Assembly (NCBI GenBank): GCA_016744705.1
Contig: JADGDU010000014.1
Span: 22,820 to 86,819, forward strand
Length of the DNA: 64,000 nt
DNA from: Candidatus Krumholzibacteriia bacterium
Lineage (GTDB): Bacteria; Krumholzibacteriota; Krumholzibacteriia; LZORAL124-64-63
Direction: 5' to 3'
Shown here: one piece after another, positions 45,076 through 53,018 of the stretch
How the letters are laid out: each line of letters begins with the position of its first letter
Position numbering within the stretch: the stretch's first letter is position 1
Made by a program: the position numbers and the translations under genes
Notes under the pieces: model-generated
What the model saw: the letters and a program-made list of their open reading frames with translations, nothing else
What the model was told of the DNA's origin: nothing
The model's database searches: none

Positions 45076-47095
45076 GACCATTCTCCTGTGCTTCCGGGTG
45101 CACATACTGAGGCAGAACAATGCTGAAAATGGTTCCCGTGGGACCACTCTTTTCATCGGTATTGGACTGCACGTTGATTTGGCCGCGATGCATTTTTACG
45201 ATGCCGTAACTGACGGCCAACCCCAAGCCAGTGCCTTTGCCTTGGCCTTTGGTGGTGAAGAAGGGTTCGAAAATTCGGCTCAGAATTTCTTCGGCTATAC
45301 CGCAGCCGGTATCAGCCACTTCGATCACCAAGGAATCTTCACTGGGGACGGTGACACTGATGCAGGTAGTGCCACCCTCTGGCATGGCGGCCTGGGCATT
45401 GTTCACGAGGTTGATGATAACCTGTTGCATCTGGGCCTGGTCCAGGTCGGCGCTGAGGTTTTCGTCATCCACTTTTAAGCAGATATTTTGGGTTGCCGGT
45501 GTGATGACACCGCGCAGACATTCCCGCAGAAAAGTCCCAATTTTTACCCGCTGCAATTCCGTTTTGTTCTCTCTGGAGAAATCAAGCAAACCGGAGACAA
45601 TGCCTTTGCAACGGTTGGCTTGTTCGGCGATGAGGGACAAATCGATGCCCAGCTTGGATTCGTGTCCGAATTCATCCTGAAGCAAGTGAGTGTAGAGCAG
45701 CACCACGCCCAGGGGGTTGTTCACTTCGTGAGCTATGCCGGCGGCCAACTGGCCCATGCTGGCCAGCCTTTCCGAGTGCATGAGCTGTTCCTGGGTTGTG
45801 GCCAATTCGGCGTTGGACGAATGAAGGTCGCCCACGGTGTTGCGCAGTTCGTCGATGACAAAGGGCAGACACATTTCGCTTTCGGCCATGCCCTTGTAGA
45901 TGGCCACGGCGTGTTGCCGGCAGGTGTCGTAACCGCAGGCGCGGCAATTCAATTCATCAGATGCCGTGATTTTTCCCAGACGGCGCAAGATGGCGTCAAT
46001 TTCGGCGTCATCAGGCTCGCGCAGTTTCAATTGGTCGGGTTCAAAGGACCGGCTCAGGTCCAGGTCATCAAGTTGGTTCATGTATTTGTACCAACTGCCT
46101 TTATTGCCAATGCGCTGGCGGTTGCCCGCATAGCGACTGATACGGGCACGGCGCCGGAAGAGGGGCTCGTCGGTGGTCATGCCCGCGCCCATGATGCAAC
46201 CTTTGCAGCATAGAATATCAAGCAATTCTGCATCCATATCACCAGAAGAAAATTCGCGCAGGGCTTCCGGGAAATCCTGACGGCCATCGGCAGTGACTAC
46301 ACTGCCGGTGGCCAGGTCTTCACTTAAGCCGGCAACCTGGACCATGCCTCGACTGAGGGGAAAAACGGCCCCCAGATTGGCGCGGGGGGCATCAAAATCT
46401 GCGGGTTTCACTTTGTTGGGATCCAGTTTCCTCCGTCGAATCAATTCATCCAGCTCATTGAAGGTGATGACGCAATCAATACGGCCATCTCCACTGGTGA
46501 ATGCAGCTTCGCCTTTTTTGGCCAGGCAAGGTCCGATAAATATAAGTTTGAGATCGGGACCATGCAGGTTACGCAGGGCACGGGCACTGGCGACCATGGG
46601 TGAGACCAGAGGCAACAGAGAAGAGCAAAGCTCAGGATGGTACCGTTGGACAAAAGTGACGATGGCAGGACACGAGGTGGCAATCCAGCGTTTGAGCGGG
46701 CCGTCTTCCACTAATTCGCGGGTGCGCTGGGCCACTAAATCTGCTCCAAAACCCACTTCGTGAAGAATGTGGAAGCCCAATTCTCTCAGCAGGCCGCCCA
46801 ATACTTTTTCATCAAAGTTGGTGAATTCGGCGGCAAAAGATGGGGCAATGGCCGCGGCCACCATGGTGTCGCCTGCTAAAAGGGTTTCAGCCATCTCCAG
46901 GGAATCGGCAGCCACTTTGGCTCCCTGGCTGCAAACCTGAACGCAGTTGCCGCAACCGATGCAGCGCTCGTGCATGACCATGGCCTGGCCATCTTCAATG
47001 CGAATGGCTTTGGCTGGGCATTCGCGTACACAGGTGAAACAGGTCCGGCATCGTTCGCCAATGGTCTGAACCAGAGTCACTTCTGAAGCTTTCAT
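45068..47095 (-). CDS. Sensory [FeFe]-hydrogenase-like H-cluster protein fused to a histidine kinase (2x[4Fe-4S] Fd, H-domain, Cx2Cx4Cx16C, HisKA, HATPase_c)
   Basis: Fd motifs [12 protein letters not shown] and [12 protein letters not shown]-cluster L1 (ATSCPAIV), L2 ([10 protein letters not shown]) and L3 ([12 protein letters not shown]). C384-x2-C-x4-C-x16-C409. H-box AHEVNNPL. N box NLVNNA. G boxes DTGCGI and GTGLGLA. Confidence 0.8.
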   Translation of the reverse strand: MKASEVTLVQTIGERCRTCFTCVRECPAKAIRIEDGQAMVMHERCIGCGNCVQVCSQGAKVAADSLEMAETLLAGDTMVAAAIAPSFAAEFTNFDEKVLGGLLRELGFHILHEVGFGADLVAQRTRELVEDGPLKRWIATSCPAIVTFVQRYHPELCSSLLPLVSPMVASARALRNLHGPDLKLIFIGPCLAKKGEAAFTSGDGRIDCVITFNELDELIRRRKLDPNKVKPADFDAPRANLGAVFPLSRGMVQVAGLSEDLATGSVVTADGRQDFPEALREFSSGDMDAELLDILCCKGCIMGAGMTTDEPLFRRRARISRYAGNRQRIGNKGSWYKYMNQLDDLDLSRSFEPDQLKLREPDDAEIDAILRRLGKITASDELNCRACGYDTCRQHAVAIYKGMAESEMCLPFVIDELRNTVGDLHSSNAELATTQEQLMHSERLASMGQLAAGIAHEVNNPLGVVLLYTHLLQDEFGHESKLGIDLSLIAEQANRCKGIVSGLLDFSRENKTELQRVKIGTFLRECLRGVITPATQNICLKVDDENLSADLDQAQMQQVIINLVNNAQAAMPEGGTTCISVTVPSEDSLVIEVADTGCGIAEEILSRIFEPFFTTKGQGKGTGLGLAVSYGIVKMHRGQINVQSNTDEKSGPTGTIFSIVLPQYVHPEAQENGHD

Positions 47096-47748
47096 GCGCG
47101 GGCTTTCTCTTCAGTTTTAGCCGATGCGTAGAAGGCAACTCTCTCCAAAGACATCTGGATATCGTTGTTTTCTACGAAAACATGATTGGGTACCTGCAAA
47201 CGGATGGGAGTGAAGTTAAGGATGCTGCACACACCGGCGGCAACCAAACGTTCCGCTGCGGCTTGGGCTTCTTCAGGGGGCAGAGCCAGGATGGCAATAC
47301 AGACATGGGCTTCCCGCACCTGTTCTTCAAGGTTGGCGGCATCCAAAACCGGAACATCGTTGAGGTGTTTGCCAACCATATGTGGGTTGACTTCAAAAAC
47401 AGCCTTCATGTTCAGGTGGGGTTGGGTGGACTGAAAGTAGTGCAAAAGAGCTTGTCCCAAATGTCCGGCTCCCAACAGAACCACAGAAGTGGCCTGGGCG
47501 GTGCCCAGACAATTGACCACAGCCTGGGCCAATTCGGTGATGGAATAACCATGCTGGGGAGTACCGCTGGTGGGCACATTCATAAGGTCTTGTCGCACTT
47601 GAGATGCAGAAACACCAGCCATGACGGCCAGATCTCGTGAAAAAATCCGCTGGATTCCTTCTACACTCAATTGCTTGAGAACCCGGCGGTAAATGCTCAA
47701 ACGACCCACGGTGCGGGGATTGATCATGTATTTGGAATGTGTAACCAT
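47092..47748 (-). CDS. rex: Redox-sensing transcriptional repressor Rex
   Basis: ATG at 47748 after AGGAG. Winged helix (RLSIYRRVL). Rossmann fold (VVLLGAGHLGQALL). Its stop overlaps the downstream start (ATGA). Confidence 0.85.
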   Translation of the reverse strand: MVTHSKYMINPRTVGRLSIYRRVLKQLSVEGIQRIFSRDLAVMAGVSASQVRQDLMNVPTSGTPQHGYSITELAQAVVNCLGTAQATSVVLLGAGHLGQALLHYFQSTQPHLNMKAVFEVNPHMVGKHLNDVPVLDAANLEEQVREAHVCIAILALPPEEAQAAAERLVAAGVCSILNFTPIRLQVPNHVFVENNDIQMSLERVAFYASAKTEEKARA

Positions 47749-47771
47749 GGTGGACTCCTGTTTACCACTGA

Positions 47772-47788
47772 TGTTAATAAAATAACAA
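47772..47788. promoter_or_regulatory. Candidate Rex operator (TGTTAATAAAATAACAA, one mismatch from the inner 16 positions of the Rex-box consensus TTGTTAA-N4-TTAACAA) 24-40 nt upstream of the rex start
   Basis: Inverted repeat TGTTA-N6-TAACA read in the sequence just upstream of the rex operon. Confidence 0.35.
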
Positions 47789-48149
47789 GCATTCAACGCC
47801 ACAAAGGTAATCATTGAATTTTGAGGGTCAAGAATATTTTGTTATTTTTTTGACAGCCAAGATGCAAAGATTTTCAAGTTGTGTATTCCATTGTCAAATA
47901 GCCAGTTATGCAATTGTTTTGAAGTAATGCTAAAAATTGAAATCCGAGAAGCGTAATAATTTAATTGCACAATGGAAAGATGGTTTGGAGGCCAAATGGC
48001 CAAGGGTCTGGAGTCATGATTTATAGGGATGAATGTGCGGATGAGGGCAAGATTAACGCTAAGGACTCTGGGAAAAACCAAAGAACTGTCGTATTATTAA
48101 CGGGATATTTTTTTTTATTACAGGTCACTTAAAGAAGGGATCCTATTCC

Positions 48150-50261
48150 ATGTCTTCCAGCCTCATGCCAACTCCAAGACTGGATCAGGGCAGCCCTGAA
48201 ACCATGCGCCAAAATATCCGCAAATATTTCACTGAAACCTGGGAAATTTATGAAGAGTTATTTGAGGTTTTGGACTGTGACGAGGCATATTTTGCCAAAG
48301 CGGATCCACTGAGGCATCCCCTTATCTTCTATTTGGGGCATACAGCCACTTTTTTCATCAATAAAATGGTCTTGGCCAAGGTCATCAGTGAGCGGGTCAA
48401 CCCTCTGTTAGAATCAATCTTTGCCGTGGGCGTGGATGAAATGAGCTGGGATGATCTCAGCGATAAGAACTACGAGTGGCCAACCGTAGCCGAAGCCTGG
48501 GAATACCGAAAACAAGCCAGAGCGGTGGTGGAACAAGCCATTGACGAGATTCCTTTGAATATGCCCATCCAATGGAATGACCCCTTTTGGGTGATCATTA
48601 TGGGTATTGAGCATGAACGCATCCATTTGGAGACCAGTTCGGTTCTGATGCGCCAATTGCCCTTGGAAATGGTCCGCTCGGTGGAGAGATTTCCCTTGTG
48701 CGAAAACTCAGGGGATGCTCCCGCCAATGAAATGCTGGTTGTGGAGGAGGGCGTGGTTGTCCAGGGGCTGCCAGATAACCACTCGTTTTATGGGTGGGAT
48801 AATGAATATGGGCATTTGAAATCAGAGGTTTCTGCATTCAAGGCTACTCGCTATCTGGTCAGTAATGATGAATTTGAGGGCTTTGTGAAGGCCGGCGGAT
48901 ACCAAACGGAAAAATATTGGACGGAAGAGGGGTGGGCCTGGAAAATTTACAGTAAGGCAGAATTTCCCACCTTTTGGGTCAAAACCGGCGAAAAATCCTA
49001 TAAATTGCGTTGTTTGGCAGAAGAAATCGATATGCCTAAGGATTGGCCTGCCGAGGTCAACTATCTGGAAGCCAAGGCTTTCTGTAGTTGGAAAGCAGAA
49101 ACGACTGGCCAACCGGTGCGTTTACCGACGGAAGCAGAATGGTACCGCATCCTGGAATCGTCAACTCTGGATGGGAAGGAGCATTGGACAGGCCACAAGG
49201 CCAACATCAATTTGGCTCAAGGAGCTTCATCCTGCCCAGTGAACGAAAACAAGCAGGGCGATTTTTTCGACGTGGTGGGCAATGTCTGGCAATGGACTGA
49301 AACACCGATCAGCGGATTCCCCGGCTTCAAGGTTCACCCTCTGTATGATGACTTTTCCACTCCCACTTTTGATACCAGGCATAACATTCTCAAGGGTGGG
49401 TCCTGGATCAGCGCAGGCAATGAAGCCAATCCTTTTTCCCGTTACGCCTTCAGAAGGCATTTTTTCCAGCATGCGGGATTTCGTTATATCGAATCGGAGG
49501 CAGAAGTGACCATCAGCGATGACATCTATGAAACTGACGAATTAGTCGGGCAGTATTGTGAGTTCCATTTCGGCCAGGAATATTACGGAGTCCCTAATTT
49601 CCCCAAAGCAACAGCAGAAATTTGTGGGGAATTGATGAAGGGCAGAAGCTTCAAGCGGGCTTTGGATCTGGGCTGCGCCACCGGTAGAAGCACCTTTGAG
49701 TTGGCTCGGTTCTTTGACCATGTCACGGGCATCGATTTCTCCGCCCGCTTTATCCGCGTGGGGCATGACATGCAGAATAAAGGGCGTATCAAGTATGCCA
49801 TCCCCAGTGAAGGCCAACTGGTTTCCTATCATGAAAAAAACCTGGAGGAATTTGGCCTGGTGGGCACCGAAAATAAGGTGGAATTCTGGCAAGGCGATGC
49901 TCACAATTTGAAGCCGCAGTTTGATAATTACGACTTGGTTCTGGCCTGTAATTTGGTGGACCGGCTTTATAGCCCTGCCAAATTTCTGGAGCACATCGCG
50001 GGCCGCATCAACAAGGGTGGCCTGTTGGTTCTGATGTCCCCTTACACTTGGTTGGAAGAATTCACTCCCCTGGAAAACTGGCTGGGCGGGCGAAAAGTTG
50101 ATGGTGAAAACCGTACCACCCTTGATGGTTTTCACAGAGAACTGGAACCAGAATTTCGCTTATTGGGCGAGCCTCGGGATGTGCCCTTTGTCATCCGTGA
50201 AACCGCCCGAAAATTCCAGCACACCCTCAGTCAAATGACGGTATGGGAGAAACTGAAGTGA
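48150..50261 (+). CDS. ovoA: 5-histidylcysteine sulfoxide synthase OvoA (ovothiol biosynthesis): DinB-like, FGE-sulfatase and methyltransferase domains
   Basis: 703 aa. HxxxHxE iron motif (HERIHLE). FGE-sulfatase-like middle domain. C-terminal SAM methyltransferase motif I LDLGCATGRS. Confidence 0.85.
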   Translation: MSSSLMPTPRLDQGSPETMRQNIRKYFTETWEIYEELFEVLDCDEAYFAKADPLRHPLIFYLGHTATFFINKMVLAKVISERVNPLLESIFAVGVDEMSWDDLSDKNYEWPTVAEAWEYRKQARAVVEQAIDEIPLNMPIQWNDPFWVIIMGIEHERIHLETSSVLMRQLPLEMVRSVERFPLCENSGDAPANEMLVVEEGVVVQGLPDNHSFYGWDNEYGHLKSEVSAFKATRYLVSNDEFEGFVKAGGYQTEKYWTEEGWAWKIYSKAEFPTFWVKTGEKSYKLRCLAEEIDMPKDWPAEVNYLEAKAFCSWKAETTGQPVRLPTEAEWYRILESSTLDGKEHWTGHKANINLAQGASSCPVNENKQGDFFDVVGNVWQWTETPISGFPGFKVHPLYDDFSTPTFDTRHNILKGGSWISAGNEANPFSRYAFRRHFFQHAGFRYIESEAEVTISDDIYETDELVGQYCEFHFGQEYYGVPNFPKATAEICGELMKGRSFKRALDLGCATGRSTFELARFFDHVTGIDFSARFIRVGHDMQNKGRIKYAIPSEGQLVSYHEKNLEEFGLVGTENKVEFWQGDAHNLKPQFDNYDLVLACNLVDRLYSPAKFLEHIAGRINKGGLLVLMSPYTWLEEFTPLENWLGGRKVDGENRTTLDGFHRELEPEFRLLGEPRDVPFVIRETARKFQHTLSQMTVWEKLK

Positions 50262-52123
50262 TGTATACTGTATACAGGGCTTTTTTGCTGGTCCTTCTTC
50301 TCTCTCTAATAGGTTGTGGTGAAAGAGTTTTAGAGGGAACTCGTGAAATCAGTGAAGTCATGTCCCGTGCAGAAGATGGCTGGAACGCCGGTGACTTGAA
50401 CGAATACATGCAGTGTTATCTGCATTCTGAGAATCTGCGTTTTGCAAGCGATGACGGCTTCAGTTTTGGTTGGCATCAGGTGTTGGAGAACTACCAAAGC
50501 TCCTATCCTGACCAGCGATCCATGGGACATTTGTCCTTCTATGATCTGGACATTGAATTGTTATCCGAGGACGCAGCCCTGGTGGTGGGGCGCTGGCGTT
50601 TGGACCGAAAATCAGATCAGCCCCACGGTGTTTTCACTTTGGTGATGCGCAGGGGGGCTGCCGGTTGGCGCATCGTCCATGATCACACCAGTGTTGGTGA
50701 TGGCACCCTGAGTGCCGCCGAAGCGTCCATCACAAAAGCAGGATTGCTGGACCAGGTGGAGGCCCTGACCAGTGGGGCCATGAACGGTCGTTTGCCGGGC
50801 ACCGAAGGTTACCGATTGGCGGCGGAGTTAGCCGCTGAGCACTTTGCGGATCTGGGTCTGCAGCCGGGTGGGGATAAGGGCTTTTTTCAAACCCTGCCCA
50901 TTGAAGCCAACGAAGTCATTGGCCAACCAAATTTTGGAATTTCCGGCGCTCCGGACTCATACACTTTGGGTGAAGATTATGTCTTCCGGGGATTCACCGG
51001 CGGGGGCGATTATTCTGCACCGGTGGTCTTCTGTGGTTACGGCCTCAGCTTCCCCGACCGCGGCTATGATGACTATGCGGATGTGGATGTGGAGGGCAAA
51101 ATCGTTCTGGTCTTAAAACAGGGCCCAGGTTGGGCGCTGCCAGATGATGGAGGCTGGCAGGGCATGTCCAACCCACGCCCCAAGGCTCGCACGGCTGCTG
51201 CTCATGGGGCACTTGCCGTTCTGATGATTGCCAAGCCCAATGATAAAAATCCGCAACCTCTCATTGGCAGCGTCATGCATGGCGAAGGCCAGCACTTGAA
51301 GGATGTTCCCCAGCTGCAGATCAGCCAGGCTGTGGCGGCCGAACTTCTGAAAAATTCAGACTTGAGCCTTTCGGAGCTCCAGTCCCGCATCGATGAAACG
51401 CAATCCCCTTCCTCACGACCTCTGGAATTGACTGTGGATCTGAAAGTGGAAACCCGCTACCAGCCAGCAGCAGAAACCTGGAATGTGGTGGGTATTTTGC
51501 CGGGCAGTGATCCGGACCTCAGCACTGAGTTCCTGGTTCTGGGGGCCCACCTGGATCACGTAGGGGGCCAGGCTGAGAAGGCACTTTTTCCGGGTGCCAA
51601 CGACAATGCCTCCGGATCGGCAGCAGTTATGGAAATTGCGGAAGCTTTTGTGCGGGCGGGGCAAGCGCCTCCCAGGACTCTGGTCTTTGTGCTGTTCGCG
51701 GGTGAGGAGCAGGGTTTGATTGGCAGTCAATATTATGCAGATAATCCCGTACGCCCTCTGGAGTCCACCGTGGCCATGATGAACTTTGACTGCATCGCCC
51801 ACGGCGACAGTATTCGGGTGGGGGGCGGTAAGTCGGCACCTCTGCTTTGGGGACGCACTCTGCAGTTGGATGCGGTGGCTGAGAACCTTATGATTCCCGG
51901 GACCTGGAGAGGGGGCGGCGCCGATGCGACACCCTTTTTTAACCAGGGATTACCCACCTTGTATTTTGTGACCACCAATACCTATACCCATTTGCATCGT
52001 ACAAGCGACAGGGTGCAAACTCTCAATGGCGATTTATTTCAAGCCATCACTCGGTTGGGATACCGGACAGCCTCCTGGATAGCTGATGGAGGGTACCAGA
52101 GGGAAATGTTGATCCGCCAATAG
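50261..52123 (+). CDS. Lipoprotein: SnoaL/NTF2-like N-domain fused to an M28-family aminopeptidase (PA domain plus M28)
   Basis: Lipobox LSLIGC|GER. DUF4440/SnoaL-like segment (AEDGWNAGDLNEYMQCY...WRIVHDH). M28 motifs HLDHVG, NDNASGSAAVMEIAE and FAGEEQGLIGSQYY. Confidence 0.8.
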   Translation: MYTVYRAFLLVLLLSLIGCGERVLEGTREISEVMSRAEDGWNAGDLNEYMQCYLHSENLRFASDDGFSFGWHQVLENYQSSYPDQRSMGHLSFYDLDIELLSEDAALVVGRWRLDRKSDQPHGVFTLVMRRGAAGWRIVHDHTSVGDGTLSAAEASITKAGLLDQVEALTSGAMNGRLPGTEGYRLAAELAAEHFADLGLQPGGDKGFFQTLPIEANEVIGQPNFGISGAPDSYTLGEDYVFRGFTGGGDYSAPVVFCGYGLSFPDRGYDDYADVDVEGKIVLVLKQGPGWALPDDGGWQGMSNPRPKARTAAAHGALAVLMIAKPNDKNPQPLIGSVMHGEGQHLKDVPQLQISQAVAAELLKNSDLSLSELQSRIDETQSPSSRPLELTVDLKVETRYQPAAETWNVVGILPGSDPDLSTEFLVLGAHLDHVGGQAEKALFPGANDNASGSAAVMEIAEAFVRAGQAPPRTLVFVLFAGEEQGLIGSQYYADNPVRPLESTVAMMNFDCIAHGDSIRVGGGKSAPLLWGRTLQLDAVAENLMIPGTWRGGGADATPFFNQGLPTLYFVTTNTYTHLHRTSDRVQTLNGDLFQAITRLGYRTASWIADGGYQREMLIRQ

Positions 52124-52136
52124 TGGGGATATAAAA

Positions 52137-52166
52137 AGCGGAAGGCACCTCTAGTGCCTTCCGCTC
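52137..52166. terminator. Bidirectional hairpin terminator between convergent genes (12-bp stem AGCGGAAGGCAC/GTGCCTTCCGCT, 6-nt loop)
   Basis: Perfect inverted repeat flanked by an A5 run, lying between the stops at 52123 (+) and 52184 (-). Confidence 0.55.
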
Positions 52167-52183
52167 ATTCATTCTGAAGAGAG

Positions 52184-52849
52184 CTATTTGCTTTCAATAC
52201 TCCCCATACCGCTGACCTTGGTATCTTTATCTTCGGGATCCCCATAGTAGGTAAGGTTGCCCACGCCAGAGACCCGGCCGCGGATGCTGTCTTTGGCATA
52301 CACTTCGGCGTTGCCGGCTCCCGAAATGCTAACCTTTACATCCTTGGCTTTCAGATCGGTGGTATCGGCTTCTCCGGCACCACTGATATTGATCTCCAGT
52401 TGATCCACTTTGCCGTCCATCTTCAAATTGCCGGCACCACTCAGTTTGTAAGCAAATTCATGGCCACTGAAACCGGAAATGTCCAGATCACACGCACCGT
52501 GAATGCTGACTTCTTCCAGTTTTTTAACCACAATTTTCACATGGCAGTCGTTGCTGGGTTGGCAGTTTCGGCCCCAACCCAGATTGAGCCATTGCCCTTT
52601 GACCTTAGCATCAAAATGCTCCCAGAGATTGTCGTCAATGGTCACTTCCACCTTCTGCTTGCTGCCGAAGCTGACTTCAACATCAAAAGCTCCCCCCACA
52701 TCCAGAGCGTGAAATTCATCCAGATTGAGTTGCCGGGTTTCCATATGGCCAGAGCCTTCTTTGCCATTGCCAAAGGAAAAGGCCACAGCCTGGCTGGCTG
52801 CAAAAAGGAGAATGAGGACGAGGGATATGGACCATAACTTTCTATACAT
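52184..52849 (-). CDS. DUF2807 (head-GIN-like) domain-containing secreted protein
   Basis: Signal peptide. Repeated V/I-x-ISGAG-x-D/A-x beta-rungs (INISGAGEAD, VSISGAGNAE, KLSGAGNLK). Confidence 0.7.
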   Translation of the reverse strand: MYRKLWSISLVLILLFAASQAVAFSFGNGKEGSGHMETRQLNLDEFHALDVGGAFDVEVSFGSKQKVEVTIDDNLWEHFDAKVKGQWLNLGWGRNCQPSNDCHVKIVVKKLEEVSIHGACDLDISGFSGHEFAYKLSGAGNLKMDGKVDQLEINISGAGEADTTDLKAKDVKVSISGAGNAEVYAKDSIRGRVSGVGNLTYYGDPEDKDTKVSGMGSIESK

Positions 52850-53018
52850 GGGCAGCCTCCTGGGCATGTTTGTGCATCGGGGTTGCTATAGAGACGTTGT
52901 TCGGCAGGAAAAGGTTGGAATGAATGGGATTATTTTTTGTGGTAGATATGGAAAACCCCGAGCCAAGGCCCGGGGTTTTCCAAGGAGGAAATCCTTATCC
53001 TGGAGGATAAAGTATAAC

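Noticed and set aside
43942-46213. Several long forward-strand ORFs (368 aa, 241 aa, 165 aa) across the kinase genes
   Set aside because: They are antisense to strongly supported histidine-kinase genes. The translations are G/A/H-rich with no domain signal. These are shadow ORFs from GC skew.
47815-48149. Searched the rex/ovoA divergent intergenic region for a canonical Rex box
   Set aside because: Only half-site-like fragments are present (TTGTGTA...TTGTCAA, TTGCACAA). None forms the TTGTGAA-N4-TTCACAA palindrome. The better candidate is the site at 47772-47788.
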